From Gemmatimonadales bacterium (GTDB lineage Bacteria; Gemmatimonadota; Gemmatimonadetes; Gemmatimonadales; GWC2-71-9), in NCBI GenBank assembly GCA_038321865.1, contig JBBQFH010000010.1, positions 1-64,000 on the forward strand: 64,000 nt of DNA. The letters are read 5' to 3'. The notes beneath the pieces were generated by a model. The model made no database searches. It was not told the origin of the DNA and saw only the letters and a program-made list of their open reading frames with translations. Positions within the stretch are counted from its first letter, which is position 1, and every line of letters begins with the position of its first letter. Shown one piece after another: positions 29,402-38,874 of this stretch. A program made the position numbers and the translations under genes.

Positions 29402-29974
29402 ATGCACCGAACACCCACACGCGCCGCGTTGGCGGCGGCGATTGTCACCGCACTGGCCCCGGGGCTGCGCGCTCAGGCGGCGCCGGCGGCACCGGCACTC
29501 CCGGCGGTCGGAACGCTCGCCCCGGACTTTTCGCTGCCCACGGCGACGGTCCGGGGACCCGGCGGCACGATCAGACTGAGCGACTACCGGGGCAAGACCG
29601 TGGTGCTCGCGTTCTTCTTCAAGGCGCGGACCAAGGGCTGAACGGTTCAAATGGACGCGTACCGTGATCAGTACGCGAAGCTGTTCAAGGGCGGGAAGAA
29701 GGTCGTTCTCCTCGCCATCAGCACCGACTCGGTGGGCGCGCTCGCCTCCTGGGCGCACGACGCGAAGTACCCGTTCCGCTTCGCGAGCGATTCGGGCGGC
29801 GTGGTCGGCCGGCGCTATGGAGCCTTCAACGAGAGGTATCAGCTCGACAACCGTACGGCGTTCGTGATCGCGCCCGATGGGCGCATCAGCTACGTGGCCG
29901 CGCCGTTCCGGGAAGTGGATCCGACGGCCTACACCGAACTCGGCGCCGCGGTGGCGGCGGCCGCGAAGCGCTGA
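29402..29974 (+). CDS. Exported peroxiredoxin-like (AhpC/TSA, BCP-like) selenoprotein; UGA 29639-29641 read as Sec
   Basis: ORFs 29402-29641 and 29651-29974 are in frame. The joined product has VGTLAPDFSLP..LSDYRGKTVVLAFFFKARTKG-U-TVQ..LAISTD..NRTAFVIAPDGRI, with the UGA at the peroxidatic TxxC position. Confidence 0.85.
29639..29687 (+). promoter_or_regulatory. Bacterial SECIS-like stem-loop
   Basis: Lower stem TGAACGGTT (29639-47) pairs with AGCTGTTCA (29679-87), with two G-U pairs. Upper stem CGCGTAC (29656-62)/GTACGCG (29671-77) closes the G-containing loop CGTGATCA. Confidence 0.75.
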
Positions 29975-29992
29975 CGGGTCAGGTCGGCGCAG

Positions 29993-31288
29993 TCAGCGCG
30001 GAACGGCGATGGCCCGCTCGACCGCCGTGAGGGTCGGCTCGATCTCGACCGGCCGGTTGGCCGGGATGGCGCCGCTCCCGCCGCGATCGAAGTCGAGAAG
30101 AATGGCAGGATCCTTGAGAATGTGGCCGGTGAGGATCGCGACCACCCGGTCGGACGGTCCGAACCGCCCCGCGCGCGCGAGCTTTCGAACGCCGGCCACC
30201 GCCGCGGCGCTCGCCGGCTCGCATCCCACGCCCGCCAGGTCCACGACTGCCTTCGCCTCGAGAATCTCCGTATCGGTCACGCTGAGCACCACGCCGTCGG
30301 TCTCGCGAACCGCCTGCACGGCACGGTCCCACGACGCCGGATCGCCGATCCTGATTGCGCTCGCGACCGTCTGTGCCGTCACCCGGTGCCGGGTCGCGAA
30401 TCCTTCGGCGAAGCTCCGGGCAAAAGGGGCCGCCCCCTCGGCCTGCACGCCGACGAGGCGGGGCACCCGGCTGATGAGGCCGTACTCGTGCATCTCGCGG
30501 AGCCCCTTGCCGAAGGCCGAGAGATTTCCCAGGTTGCCGGCCGGCAACACGACCCACTCCGGCGGATCCCAGCCGAGCTGCTGCAGCAGCTCGAGCATGA
30601 TCGTCTTCTGTCCCTCGAGCCGGAACGGGTTCACCGAATTGAGCAGGTAGACGCCGAGGGTCGTGCTTGCCTCCTCGACGAGGCGGAGGCAGGTGTCGAA
30701 GTCGCCGCGGACGAGCAGGGTGCGGGCACCGTAGGCCACGGCCTGTGCCAGCTTGCCATGGGCGATGCCGTCCGCCGGCACCAGCACCAGCGCCCCGATG
30801 CGGGCCTGCGCCGCGTAGGCGGCGAGCGACGCCGCGGTATTGCCGGTCGACGCGCAGGCAACCGCGCGCGCCCCGATCCGCACCGCCTGCGTCACGCCGA
30901 CCGTCATCCCGCGGTCCTTGAACGAACCGGTCGGGTTGTGCCCCTCGTGCTTCAGCATGAGCTGGTCGACACCGGCGTATTCGTCGATCACCGTCCGATG
31001 CATCAGCGGCGTGTTGCCTTCCGGGTGCGACACGATCAATTCGACCGACGGCATCACCAGCTCGCGGAAACGCCAGACGCCGGATGTCGCGCCGGCGCCG
31101 CGGGGCCCGCCGCGCCGCTCGGTGAAGCGCTGCAGCAGCTCATCGCGCGTCAGGTTGGGCGGCCGGTGCCGCACCTCGAGCAGGCCGCCGCAGCTGCGAC
31201 ACCTGGGGCTGGGGTCCAGCTCCACCGTCTCGTTCCCGCAGGCGATGCAGGCCTGCCAGCTCGCCGGGCGATCAGTTGCAAAGCTCAT
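29993..31288 (-). CDS. thrC: Threonine synthase
   Basis: EGNTPL, KHEGHNPTGSFKDRG, CASTGNT, LLNSVNPFRLEGQKT, PAGNLGN, TGHILKDP. Confidence 0.94.
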   Translation of the reverse strand: MSFATDRPASWQACIACGNETVELDPSPRCRSCGGLLEVRHRPPNLTRDELLQRFTERRGGPRGAGATSGVWRFRELVMPSVELIVSHPEGNTPLMHRTVIDEYAGVDQLMLKHEGHNPTGSFKDRGMTVGVTQAVRIGARAVACASTGNTAASLAAYAAQARIGALVLVPADGIAHGKLAQAVAYGARTLLVRGDFDTCLRLVEEASTTLGVYLLNSVNPFRLEGQKTIMLELLQQLGWDPPEWVVLPAGNLGNLSAFGKGLREMHEYGLISRVPRLVGVQAEGAAPFARSFAEGFATRHRVTAQTVASAIRIGDPASWDRAVQAVRETDGVVLSVTDTEILEAKAVVDLAGVGCEPASAAAVAGVRKLARAGRFGPSDRVVAILTGHILKDPAILLDFDRGGSGAIPANRPVEIEPTLTAVERAIAVPR

Positions 31289-31314
31289 GCTGGTCTCCGA
31301 AACAGTGGCAGGGC

Positions 31315-32247
31315 TCAGGCGGTCGTGACCGTGACCCCGGTCTGGTCGACCGGCGCGACGCGGGTGTCGCAGGCAATGCCGCACGACTTGTACGCCTCAC
31401 GCATCGCGGCGGCGATACGCTCCGCAGCCGCGTCGTCCGCGGCCAGCGCGAACGCCGTGGGGCCGGCGCCCGAGATCGATGCGCCGAGGGCGCCGGCCGC
31501 AAGGGCTGCCGCCTGTGCCTCACGGAACCCCGTCAGGAGTGGCGCGCGGGCCGGCTCGGCGATAGCGTCATCCAGCGCCCGCCCGAGCAGGGAGAGGTCG
31601 CCGGTGAGGAAGGCGGCGACCATCGCCGCAACGTTGGCCGCCTGCTGCAGGGCGATCGCCCGGGTAACCGTCAACGGCAGGGCCGCACGCGCGTCCCTGG
31701 TCCGAAGCTGTTGCGCCGGTTGCGCGAGGATGACGCGGAGTGCGGGCGGGCAGGGAAGGCGGACAACGTCGATCGGGTCCAGCGAGCGCACCAGCACCGC
31801 GCCGCCGAGGAGCGAAGGCGCCACGTTGTCGGCATGGCGGCCCGCTACGGCCGACTCCGCCAGCAGGCACGCGCCCAGCAGCGCTTCCGTGGTGAGGCGA
31901 GCCCCGATCAGCGTGTTCACCGCCGCCGCACCCGCGACGGCCGAGGCCCCGCTCCCTCCCTGGCCGGCGCTCAGGGGCAGACCCTTTCGTACCGTGAGGC
32001 GCACGCCGCCGTCGGCACCGGCCAGACGCAGCACCTCGGCGGCGGCAATGGCGGAGCTGTGCCGCAGCGGATCAGTCGGCAGCTCCGGGTGCCCGGCATC
32101 CACCAGCGTGATGCCTCGGCCCTCCGCCGGCTCGGCCGTGACGGTGTCTCCGCGGCCGGCGACGGCGAGGCCGAGGATGTCGAGCCCTGGCCCGATGTTG
32201 CCGATGGAGCCGGGTGCGATCGCCGTGACGGAGCGGGGGAGACTCAT
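31315..32247 (-). CDS. thrB: Homoserine kinase (GHMP)
   Basis: APGSIGNIGPGLDILGLA, KGLPLSAGQGGSGASA, HADNVAPSLLGG, ISGAGPT. Confidence 0.93.
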   Translation of the reverse strand: MSLPRSVTAIAPGSIGNIGPGLDILGLAVAGRGDTVTAEPAEGRGITLVDAGHPELPTDPLRHSSAIAAAEVLRLAGADGGVRLTVRKGLPLSAGQGGSGASAVAGAAAVNTLIGARLTTEALLGACLLAESAVAGRHADNVAPSLLGGAVLVRSLDPIDVVRLPCPPALRVILAQPAQQLRTRDARAALPLTVTRAIALQQAANVAAMVAAFLTGDLSLLGRALDDAIAEPARAPLLTGFREAQAAALAAGALGASISGAGPTAFALAADDAAAERIAAAMREAYKSCGIACDTRVAPVDQTGVTVTTA

Positions 32248-32340
32248 GAGTGACGGACGATAGGGGTGGCCGCCGTCGATGTCCACCGCGTGCGCGTTCC
32301 GTGTTACTGTTTACGCAAACACCTTCTGCCGAGGATCTCG

Positions 32341-33912
32341 ATGCTGGATGTGCTCGCGCTGCTGCTGGTCTCCGCCGCCGCTTCGGCTGAAGTTCCCAGG
32401 CCGGCTCCGCGGCCGTATGCCATCGACTACACCTTTCGCAGCACGGAGCCCGCCAGTCACCTGGGCGATGTGACGGTCCGCGTAACCCGCCGCGACGCGG
32501 ACGAGACCGCCTTTCAGCTGCCGGCGTGGTACCCGGGGCGCTACGCCATCTACAACTTTGCGGCAAACGTGCAGGAGGTCGCGGCGCGCTGCGGCGAGAC
32601 GATGGTCGACGTGCGCAAGCGCGACAAGACGACCTGGGTCGTGCGGTGTCCGCGGCTCCAGCCGATCACCTTCAGCTACCGCGTCTTCTGGAACGACCTC
32701 AACGGATCGCTGTCGCAGATCGACTCGACGCACGTCAATCTGAACCCGGGCAACACGTTCGTGTATGTCGTCGGGCACAAGCCGGATCCCGTCGTGGTGC
32801 ACTACTACGGGCCGGCGGGATGGAGCGTCATCAACGGCAACCCGGCGCCGGGGCCGGATTACCGGTTTCCGAACTACGATCTGATGATCGACAATCCCAC
32901 CGAGATCTCGAACGCCTTCACCGTCGACAGCTTCCAGGTCGAAAAGACGACCTATCGGGTGATGCTGCACGCCGACAAGGATCCCGGCGCCGCACGCGGG
33001 CTGCTGCTGCGCAGCATCGAGCGCATCGTGCGTGCCGAGGTGGCGATGTGGGGCCAGCAGCCGGTGACGCAGTACACGTTCATGGTGCACTACCAGGACA
33101 AGAACGGTGGCGACGGCATGGAGCACACCAGCTCCACCCACATCAGTCAGCCGGTCACGCTGGCCACCGTCGCGGCCGACTCCTCGGCGTTCATGGGGCG
33201 CATCGAGGTCTTCGCCCATGAGTTCTTCCACACCTGGAACATGAAGCGGCTGCGGGCGGCGGAGCTCGGTCCCTGGGATTACACGCGGGAGAACCCCACC
33301 CGCACACTCTGGATCGGGGAAGGCATCACCAACTACTACGGGGCCCGCACCCTGCTTCGGGCCGGCCTGATCGACTCGGCGCGGTATCTCACCAGGGTGG
33401 CCCGGGCGGTGGGCCAGCTGCAGAGCAGCCCCGGCCGGAAGCTCATGAGCGCCGAACAGAGCTCCTTCAACGCCTGGTTCTTCGACGGGGTCCGGCTCAA
33501 CCGCAATACGAACCTGGGCGCCACCACGATCTCCTACTACAACAAGGGCGAGCTCCTCGGTTGGCTGCTCGACCTCGACATCCGCGCGCGCACGGGCGGG
33601 CGCAAGTCGCTCGACGACGTCATGCGGCTGATGTGGCAGCGGTTCTGGCTGGGCAAGTCCACCAGCTATTACCTGCAGGGCCACGGCTATACGGTCGAGG
33701 ACTTTCGCCAGGCGGTGAATGAGGTGAGCGGCAGCGATCACGCCGACTTCTTCCGCCGCTACGTCGCCGGTGTGGACGAGCTTCCGTACGACGCCATCCT
33801 CGACAAGGCGGGACTCAAGCTTGCCGCCGCGGCCGACGGCAAGTACACGCTCACCTTCGACCCCGCCGCCGTCGGCTCGGCGATCGGTGCCGCCTGGCTG
33901 GCGGGGAAATAG
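32341..33912 (+). CDS. M61 family glycyl aminopeptidase
   Basis: LPAWYPGRY, GDGMEHTSST, AHEFFHTWN (HEXXH), WIGEGITNYY, SYYNKG. Confidence 0.9.
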   Translation: MLDVLALLLVSAAASAEVPRPAPRPYAIDYTFRSTEPASHLGDVTVRVTRRDADETAFQLPAWYPGRYAIYNFAANVQEVAARCGETMVDVRKRDKTTWVVRCPRLQPITFSYRVFWNDLNGSLSQIDSTHVNLNPGNTFVYVVGHKPDPVVVHYYGPAGWSVINGNPAPGPDYRFPNYDLMIDNPTEISNAFTVDSFQVEKTTYRVMLHADKDPGAARGLLLRSIERIVRAEVAMWGQQPVTQYTFMVHYQDKNGGDGMEHTSSTHISQPVTLATVAADSSAFMGRIEVFAHEFFHTWNMKRLRAAELGPWDYTRENPTRTLWIGEGITNYYGARTLLRAGLIDSARYLTRVARAVGQLQSSPGRKLMSAEQSSFNAWFFDGVRLNRNTNLGATTISYYNKGELLGWLLDLDIRARTGGRKSLDDVMRLMWQRFWLGKSTSYYLQGHGYTVEDFRQAVNEVSGSDHADFFRRYVAGVDELPYDAILDKAGLKLAAAADGKYTLTFDPAAVGSAIGAAWLAGK

Positions 33913-33920
33913 CTCCGCGC

Positions 33921-35015
33921 ATGCGGATTGCCGTTCCCAGGGAGACCGCCGCTGGTGAGCGCCGGGTGGCGCTTGTGCCCGATGGCGTGCGCCGCCTGGT
34001 CAAGGCCGGCCACGTGGTCGCGGTGGAGTCCGGCGCCGGGGGCGGCGCCGGACTCGACGACGAGCAGTACGTCGCGGCCGGCGCTGAGGTGGTCGATGCG
34101 GGAACGGTGCTTCGCGGCGCCGACATCGTGGTGAAGGTGCAGCGGCCGTCCGCCGCAGAGTTCGAGCAGCTCGCCGCGGGGACGACGCTGGTGGCGCTGC
34201 TCGCGCCGGCGACCGGCGCCGAGGCGCTCGAACGCCTGGCGGAGCGTGGCGTCGTGGCGTACGCCATGGAGCTGGTGCCCCGGACGACCAAGGCGCAGTC
34301 CATGGACGCGCTCTCCTCCCAGGCCACTGCCGCGGGCTACAAGGCCGTGCTGCTCGGCGCCGGCATGCTGCCGCGCTTTCTGCCGATGCTCACGACCGCC
34401 GCCGGGACGATCGCGCCCGCGCGCGTGTTCGTGATCGGGGCGGGGGTCGCCGGGCTTCAGGCGATCGCGACCGCCCGCCGGCTGGGGGCGGTGGTTTCCG
34501 CCTTCGACGTGCGTCCGGCGGTCAAGGAACAGGTTCAGAGCCTCGGCGCGGCCTTCGTCGAGACCGGCGCCGCCGCGGAAGGGGCCGGCGGGTACGCCAC
34601 CGAGCTCGCCGCGGACGATCAACGCCGCGTCCTCGAGGTGGTCGCCGGCCACATTCGGGACATGGATTTGGTGATCACGACCGCGCAGATTCCCGGCCGA
34701 CCGGCGCCGCGCCTCGTCACGACCGCGATGCTCGCGACCATGCGCCCGGGCTCGGTGATCGTCGATCTGGCCGCGGAGGGCGGCGGAAACTGCGAGGCGA
34801 CCGTCGCTGGAGACACCGTACAGGTGAATGGCGTGACGGTGACCGGCCCCTTGAACCTCGCGGGCACCCTGCCGTTCCACGCGAGTCAGATGTACGGCCG
34901 GAACGTGCTCAGCTTCCTCGAATACATCATTCGCGACGGCCGCGTGGCCCCGCCGGACGGTGATCCGATCGCCGGTCCGATGTGCGTGACGCAGGCCAGC
35001 ATCCGCCGGGCGTAG
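33921..35015 (+). CDS. pntA: NAD(P) transhydrogenase subunit alpha, part 1 (domain I)
   Basis: ERRVALVP, AQSMDALSSQA, VIGAGVAGLQAIATARRLGA, TTAQIPGRPAP, VIVDLAAEGGGNC. Confidence 0.95.
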   Translation: MRIAVPRETAAGERRVALVPDGVRRLVKAGHVVAVESGAGGGAGLDDEQYVAAGAEVVDAGTVLRGADIVVKVQRPSAAEFEQLAAGTTLVALLAPATGAEALERLAERGVVAYAMELVPRTTKAQSMDALSSQATAAGYKAVLLGAGMLPRFLPMLTTAAGTIAPARVFVIGAGVAGLQAIATARRLGAVVSAFDVRPAVKEQVQSLGAAFVETGAAAEGAGGYATELAADDQRRVLEVVAGHIRDMDLVITTAQIPGRPAPRLVTTAMLATMRPGSVIVDLAAEGGGNCEATVAGDTVQVNGVTVTGPLNLAGTLPFHASQMYGRNVLSFLEYIIRDGRVAPPDGDPIAGPMCVTQASIRRA

Positions 35016-35037
35016 CTCCCGTTTCCTGGAGGACTCG

Positions 35038-35352
35038 ATGGCGCCGACGTTCGTGATCGAGCTGTACGTCTTCGTCCTGGCCGCGTTCGTCGGCTATCAG
35101 GTGATCACCCGGGTTCCTCCCCTGCTGCATACGCCGCTCATGTCGGCGACCAACGCCATCTCCGGCATCTCGCTCGTCGGCTCGCTCGTCGCCGCCGGCT
35201 CGCGGCATGGGACGGTGAGCACCGTGCTGGGCGTCATTGCCGTCGCGTCGGCGACGATCAACGTGGTCGGCGGCTTTCTCATCACCGACCGCATGCTGAA
35301 GATGTTTCATCGGGCGGCACCGGATCGCCCGCCGCCGCCGCCCGCCGCATGA
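35038..35352 (+). CDS. NAD(P) transhydrogenase subunit alpha, part 2 (membrane)
   Basis: VPPLLHTPLMSATNAISG, INVVGGFLITDRMLKMF. Confidence 0.95.
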   Translation: MAPTFVIELYVFVLAAFVGYQVITRVPPLLHTPLMSATNAISGISLVGSLVAAGSRHGTVSTVLGVIAVASATINVVGGFLITDRMLKMFHRAAPDRPPPPPAA

Positions 35353-36728
35353 GGGAAGCGTTCATCCAGGTCGCCTACCTGGCGGCCTCGGTCCTGTTCA
35401 TTCTGGGCCTCAAGAGTCTCACCAAGCCCGAGAGCGCCCGGCGGGGCATGCAGCAGGCCGCGTTCGGCATGCTGCTGGCCGTGGTGGGCACGCTCGTGAA
35501 TCACGAGATCGTGGACTACCGGTGGATCGCGGCTGGTCTCGCGGTCGGCGCGCTGATCGGCTACCCCCTGGGCATGTTCGTGCCGATGACCGCGATGCCG
35601 CAGCGCATCGCCATCAGCCACATGTTCGGCGCGCTGGCGGCTACGCTCGTCGGCATCGCCGAGTTCCACGATCATCCAGGCCAGATGCCGACGGCCAAGA
35701 TGGCCGCGCTCGGTTTCGAGGTGCTCTTCGGGTCGCTCACCGTCACCGGCAGCTTCATGGCGTTCGCCAAGCTGCAGGAGCTGATCCGCGGCAAACCGAT
35801 CACCTTTCGGGGCCAGAATACGGTCAACCTCACCCTGTTCGCCGTGACCGTCGGGTGTTTCTGCTATCTGGTCGCGAGTCCTGGCCATCCGGCGGTGTTC
35901 TTCGGCATGATCGGTCTGGCGCTGCTCAGCGGCGTCCTGATGGTGCTTCCCATCGGCGGGGCGGACATGCCGGTGGTGGTCTCGCTGCTCAACTCGTACG
36001 CGGGGCTCGCCGCATCGGCGACCGGATTCGCGATCGGCAACACCGTCCTGATCATTTGCGGGGCGCTGGACGGCGCCTCCGGATTCCTGCTGTCCATCCT
36101 GATGAGCAAGGCGATGAACCGCTCGTTCCGGAACGTGATCTTCGGCGCATTCGGCGGCGACGCGACGGCAAAGGCCGGGAAGACGGCGGAAGGGCTGGTC
36201 GCCCGGGAAATTTCGATCGAGGACGCGGCCCTGCAACTGGCCTACGCACGGAAAGTGGTCGTCGTGCCGGGCTACGGCATGGCCGTGGCCCAGTCACAGC
36301 ATCAGGTGCGCGAACTGGCCGAGCTGATCGAGCGGCGGGGCGGCGAGGTGAAGTACGCCATCCATCCCGTTGCCGGCCGCATGCCCGGGCACATGAACGT
36401 CCTGCTCGCCGAGGCGAACGTGCCCTACGACCGCCTATACGACATGGATGAGATCAACGACCAGTTCGAGCAGACCGATGTCGCGCTGGTCATCGGCGCC
36501 AACGACGTGGTGAACCCCGCCGCCAGGACCGATCCGTCCAGTCCGATTTTCGGGATGCCGATTCTCAACGTGAATCAGGCGCGGGCCGTGATCGTGCTCA
36601 AGCGCAGCATGAACCCCGGATTTGCCGGCATCGAGAATGAGTTGTTCTTCGATCCGCGCACGTCCATGCTGTTCGGAGACGCCAAGGCCTCGCTCACCCG
36701 GCTCATCACCGAAGTGAAGACGGTCTGA
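35349..36728 (+). CDS. pntB: NAD(P) transhydrogenase subunit beta
   Basis: MTAMPQ, IGGADMPVVVSLLNSY, VPGYGMAVAQ, IHPVAGRMPGHMNVLLAEA, GANDVVNPAA. Confidence 0.96.
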   Translation: MREAFIQVAYLAASVLFILGLKSLTKPESARRGMQQAAFGMLLAVVGTLVNHEIVDYRWIAAGLAVGALIGYPLGMFVPMTAMPQRIAISHMFGALAATLVGIAEFHDHPGQMPTAKMAALGFEVLFGSLTVTGSFMAFAKLQELIRGKPITFRGQNTVNLTLFAVTVGCFCYLVASPGHPAVFFGMIGLALLSGVLMVLPIGGADMPVVVSLLNSYAGLAASATGFAIGNTVLIICGALDGASGFLLSILMSKAMNRSFRNVIFGAFGGDATAKAGKTAEGLVAREISIEDAALQLAYARKVVVVPGYGMAVAQSQHQVRELAELIERRGGEVKYAIHPVAGRMPGHMNVLLAEANVPYDRLYDMDEINDQFEQTDVALVIGANDVVNPAARTDPSSPIFGMPILNVNQARAVIVLKRSMNPGFAGIENELFFDPRTSMLFGDAKASLTRLITEVKTV

Positions 36729-36846
36729 CACGGGGGCTCGTCCGGCGGGCCAACGTCCGGCCGCCGGCATGCGTACCACACGATAGCCTCTCCAAAGCGC
36801 CCGCCGCCGTGCGGACGCGCCGATCACCCGAAGCCGGAGTCTCACC

Positions 36847-37542
36847 ATGCATCGCGTCACCCTCCTTGGCAGCCTCCTGATCGCCGCCGGCCTGCCGCTG
36901 CAGGCACAGGATGTCTGTTCGCAATATCGCCCCACGCCCGTCCAGGGCAGCTGGGCCCAGTACAAGAGCAACCGGAACGGTCAGGACATCATGACGCGCA
37001 TGGCGGTGGTCGGCCATGAGAAGCGGGATGGCAAGGATGCCGTCTGGTTCGAGACGAGCACCGAGAGCCCGCGCGGGAAGATGATCAACGAGGTGCTCGT
37101 CCCGACCTACCCGTTCGAGCAGACTGAGGTCATGGAAGTCGTGATGAAGCGTGGCGATCAGCCCGCCACCAAGCTCTCCCCGGGCATGATGGCGATGATG
37201 CGCGGCGGGATGGGCGGTCAGGGCCAGGGCGGCCAGGGCAGCGCACCGGGCGCGGGCCGGGGAGCGGGCGGCGGCCGGGGCATGGGCATGACCTGGGCGC
37301 AGCAGTGCAAGGGCCTCACGGTTGTGGGCGCCGAGTCGGTGACGGTGCCGGCCGGCACGTTCAAGGTGACGCACCTCCGGAATGTCGCTGACAGCACCGA
37401 CGTCTGGGTGAGCCGCGAGACGCCGTTCGGGCTGGTCAAGTCGACCGGACCCCGCGGCGCCATGGAACTGCAGTCGACCGGCAAGGATGCCAAGAAGTCG
37501 ATCACCGAGACACCGCAGGAAGCACAGATGCCCGGCATGTAG
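36847..37542 (+). CDS. Secreted hypothetical protein with Gly/Met-rich internal linker
   Basis: Signal peptide LQA-Q; GGMGGQGQGGQG..GRGAGGGRGMG linker; ESVTVPAGTFKVTH motif; GGAG RBS. Confidence 0.75.
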   Translation: MHRVTLLGSLLIAAGLPLQAQDVCSQYRPTPVQGSWAQYKSNRNGQDIMTRMAVVGHEKRDGKDAVWFETSTESPRGKMINEVLVPTYPFEQTEVMEVVMKRGDQPATKLSPGMMAMMRGGMGGQGQGGQGSAPGAGRGAGGGRGMGMTWAQQCKGLTVVGAESVTVPAGTFKVTHLRNVADSTDVWVSRETPFGLVKSTGPRGAMELQSTGKDAKKSITETPQEAQMPGM

Positions 37543-37912
37543 TCCGGCCCTTCGGAGCGGGGCGGGCGACGGGTGGTCGCCCCCCGCTTGCGAACGGGTG
37601 GAACCGGGAGCGTGCAAGTGGTGTTAATACAAGCGTCTATGATGCGGAACGGCGCCCTCGAGCGCGGCTCGGGTCGGATCCGGCCGATCGCGCCTGCCGG
37701 GCAGAGCAATCGGCTGCACTATGCACCTAACCGATTTGGCGCTGATCGTCGTCTTTTTTCACGACGCATCGGCGCAACTCCCGCTCCCGCCGCGATTTAG
37801 CTAAACTGTTGATTTTATGTGTGTTAGGCCATATATTGTCGGACTGTACCCCGAGCCCCATCCCGTGGCCTGCAGCGTACAGGGGATGCGAATCCCACAG
37901 GAGGCTGTGAGC

Positions 37913-38806
37913 GTGACAATTAAAGCACGTGCCAAGCGGCGCCCGGTTCGGCCGGCGCAGATCGCTCGCGCAGTGGACGAAGGTCGGGAGAGCCTCGACC
38001 TCTATCTGGATGAGATCAGTCGGGTTCCCCTGCTCAACCGCGAAGAGGAAATGGAGCTCGCCCGCAAGGCGTTCCGTGGCAGCGTGGTCGCCCAGGAAAA
38101 ACTGGCGCGGCACAACGTGCGGTTCGTCGTGTCGGTCGCCAAGAAGTTCCAGAACCGCGGCGTGCCCCTCGTCGACCTGATCGGTGAGGGCAACCTCGGG
38201 CTCATGACGGCGGCCCGGAAGTTCGATCCGGATCGCGGCGTGAAGTTCATCTCCTATGCGGTGTGGTGGATCCGCCAGGCGGTGCAGGCCGCGATCGCGC
38301 GTCACGGCCGCCCGGTGCGGGTCCCGCTCAATCGTACGGCCGACCTCAGCCGGCTCGGACGCACGACCACGCTCCTCAAGGATCGCCTCGGCCGCATGCC
38401 GACGACCGAAGAGCTGGCGCGCGCCACCGGCCTGACCGTCGAGGCCGTGCGCAGCCTGAGCGCGCTCAACTCGGAGGCGGTCCGCCTCGATCACCCCACT
38501 CGTGACGGTGAAGGCAACGAGCGGATCGAGCGGTTCGCCAGCGGTGAGCAGGAAAGCACCGACATGTCCACCATGGCCAACAGCCAGACGCAGGACATCG
38601 AGGCGGCCCTCAGCGTCCTGCCGCCGAGGGACGCGAAAGTGCTTCGGCTGTATTTCGGTCTCGACGACGGCAACAGCCGCACGCTGGAGGAGATCGGACG
38701 GATGATGGGAGTCACACGGGAGCGGATTCGGCAGCTGCGCGACCGGGCGCTGGTCCGGCTGCGCGAGGGCGAGACCGGCGACCGGCTGCGGGATCTGGTC
38801 GCCTGA
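37913..38806 (+). CDS. RpoD/SigA-family sigma-70 factor, compact (no region 1.1)
   Basis: SLDLYLDEISRVPLL (1.2); DLIGEGNLGLMTAARKFDPDRGVKFISYAVWWIRQ (2); TLEEIGRMMGVTRERIRQ (4.2). GTG start lies 8 nt after GGAGG. Confidence 0.92.
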   Translation: MTIKARAKRRPVRPAQIARAVDEGRESLDLYLDEISRVPLLNREEEMELARKAFRGSVVAQEKLARHNVRFVVSVAKKFQNRGVPLVDLIGEGNLGLMTAARKFDPDRGVKFISYAVWWIRQAVQAAIARHGRPVRVPLNRTADLSRLGRTTTLLKDRLGRMPTTEELARATGLTVEAVRSLSALNSEAVRLDHPTRDGEGNERIERFASGEQESTDMSTMANSQTQDIEAALSVLPPRDAKVLRLYFGLDDGNSRTLEEIGRMMGVTRERIRQLRDRALVRLREGETGDRLRDLVA

Positions 38807-38830
38807 TTTCGGCAGAGTGAACAACGATTG

Positions 38831-38858
38831 GGCCGCCGCGGGGTTCACCGCGGCGGCC
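38831..38858. terminator. Hairpin terminator between convergent sigma and acnA
   Basis: GGCCGCCGCGG-GGTTCA-CCGCGGCGGCC followed by TTGTTCGTTT. Confidence 0.75.
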
Positions 38859-38874
38859 TTGTTCGTTTCCGATC

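Noticed and set aside
29402..29974. Peroxiredoxin pseudogene or two separate small genes
   Set aside because: The stop is UGA exactly at the catalytic Cys column, the frame is preserved, and a SECIS-like hairpin follows. Recoding is the more parsimonious reading, pending a check for sel genes.
33921..35352. Split pntA as a frameshifted pseudogene
   Set aside because: Three-subunit transhydrogenases (alpha1, alpha2, beta) are a well-known natural arrangement, and alpha2 has its own GGAGG RBS.
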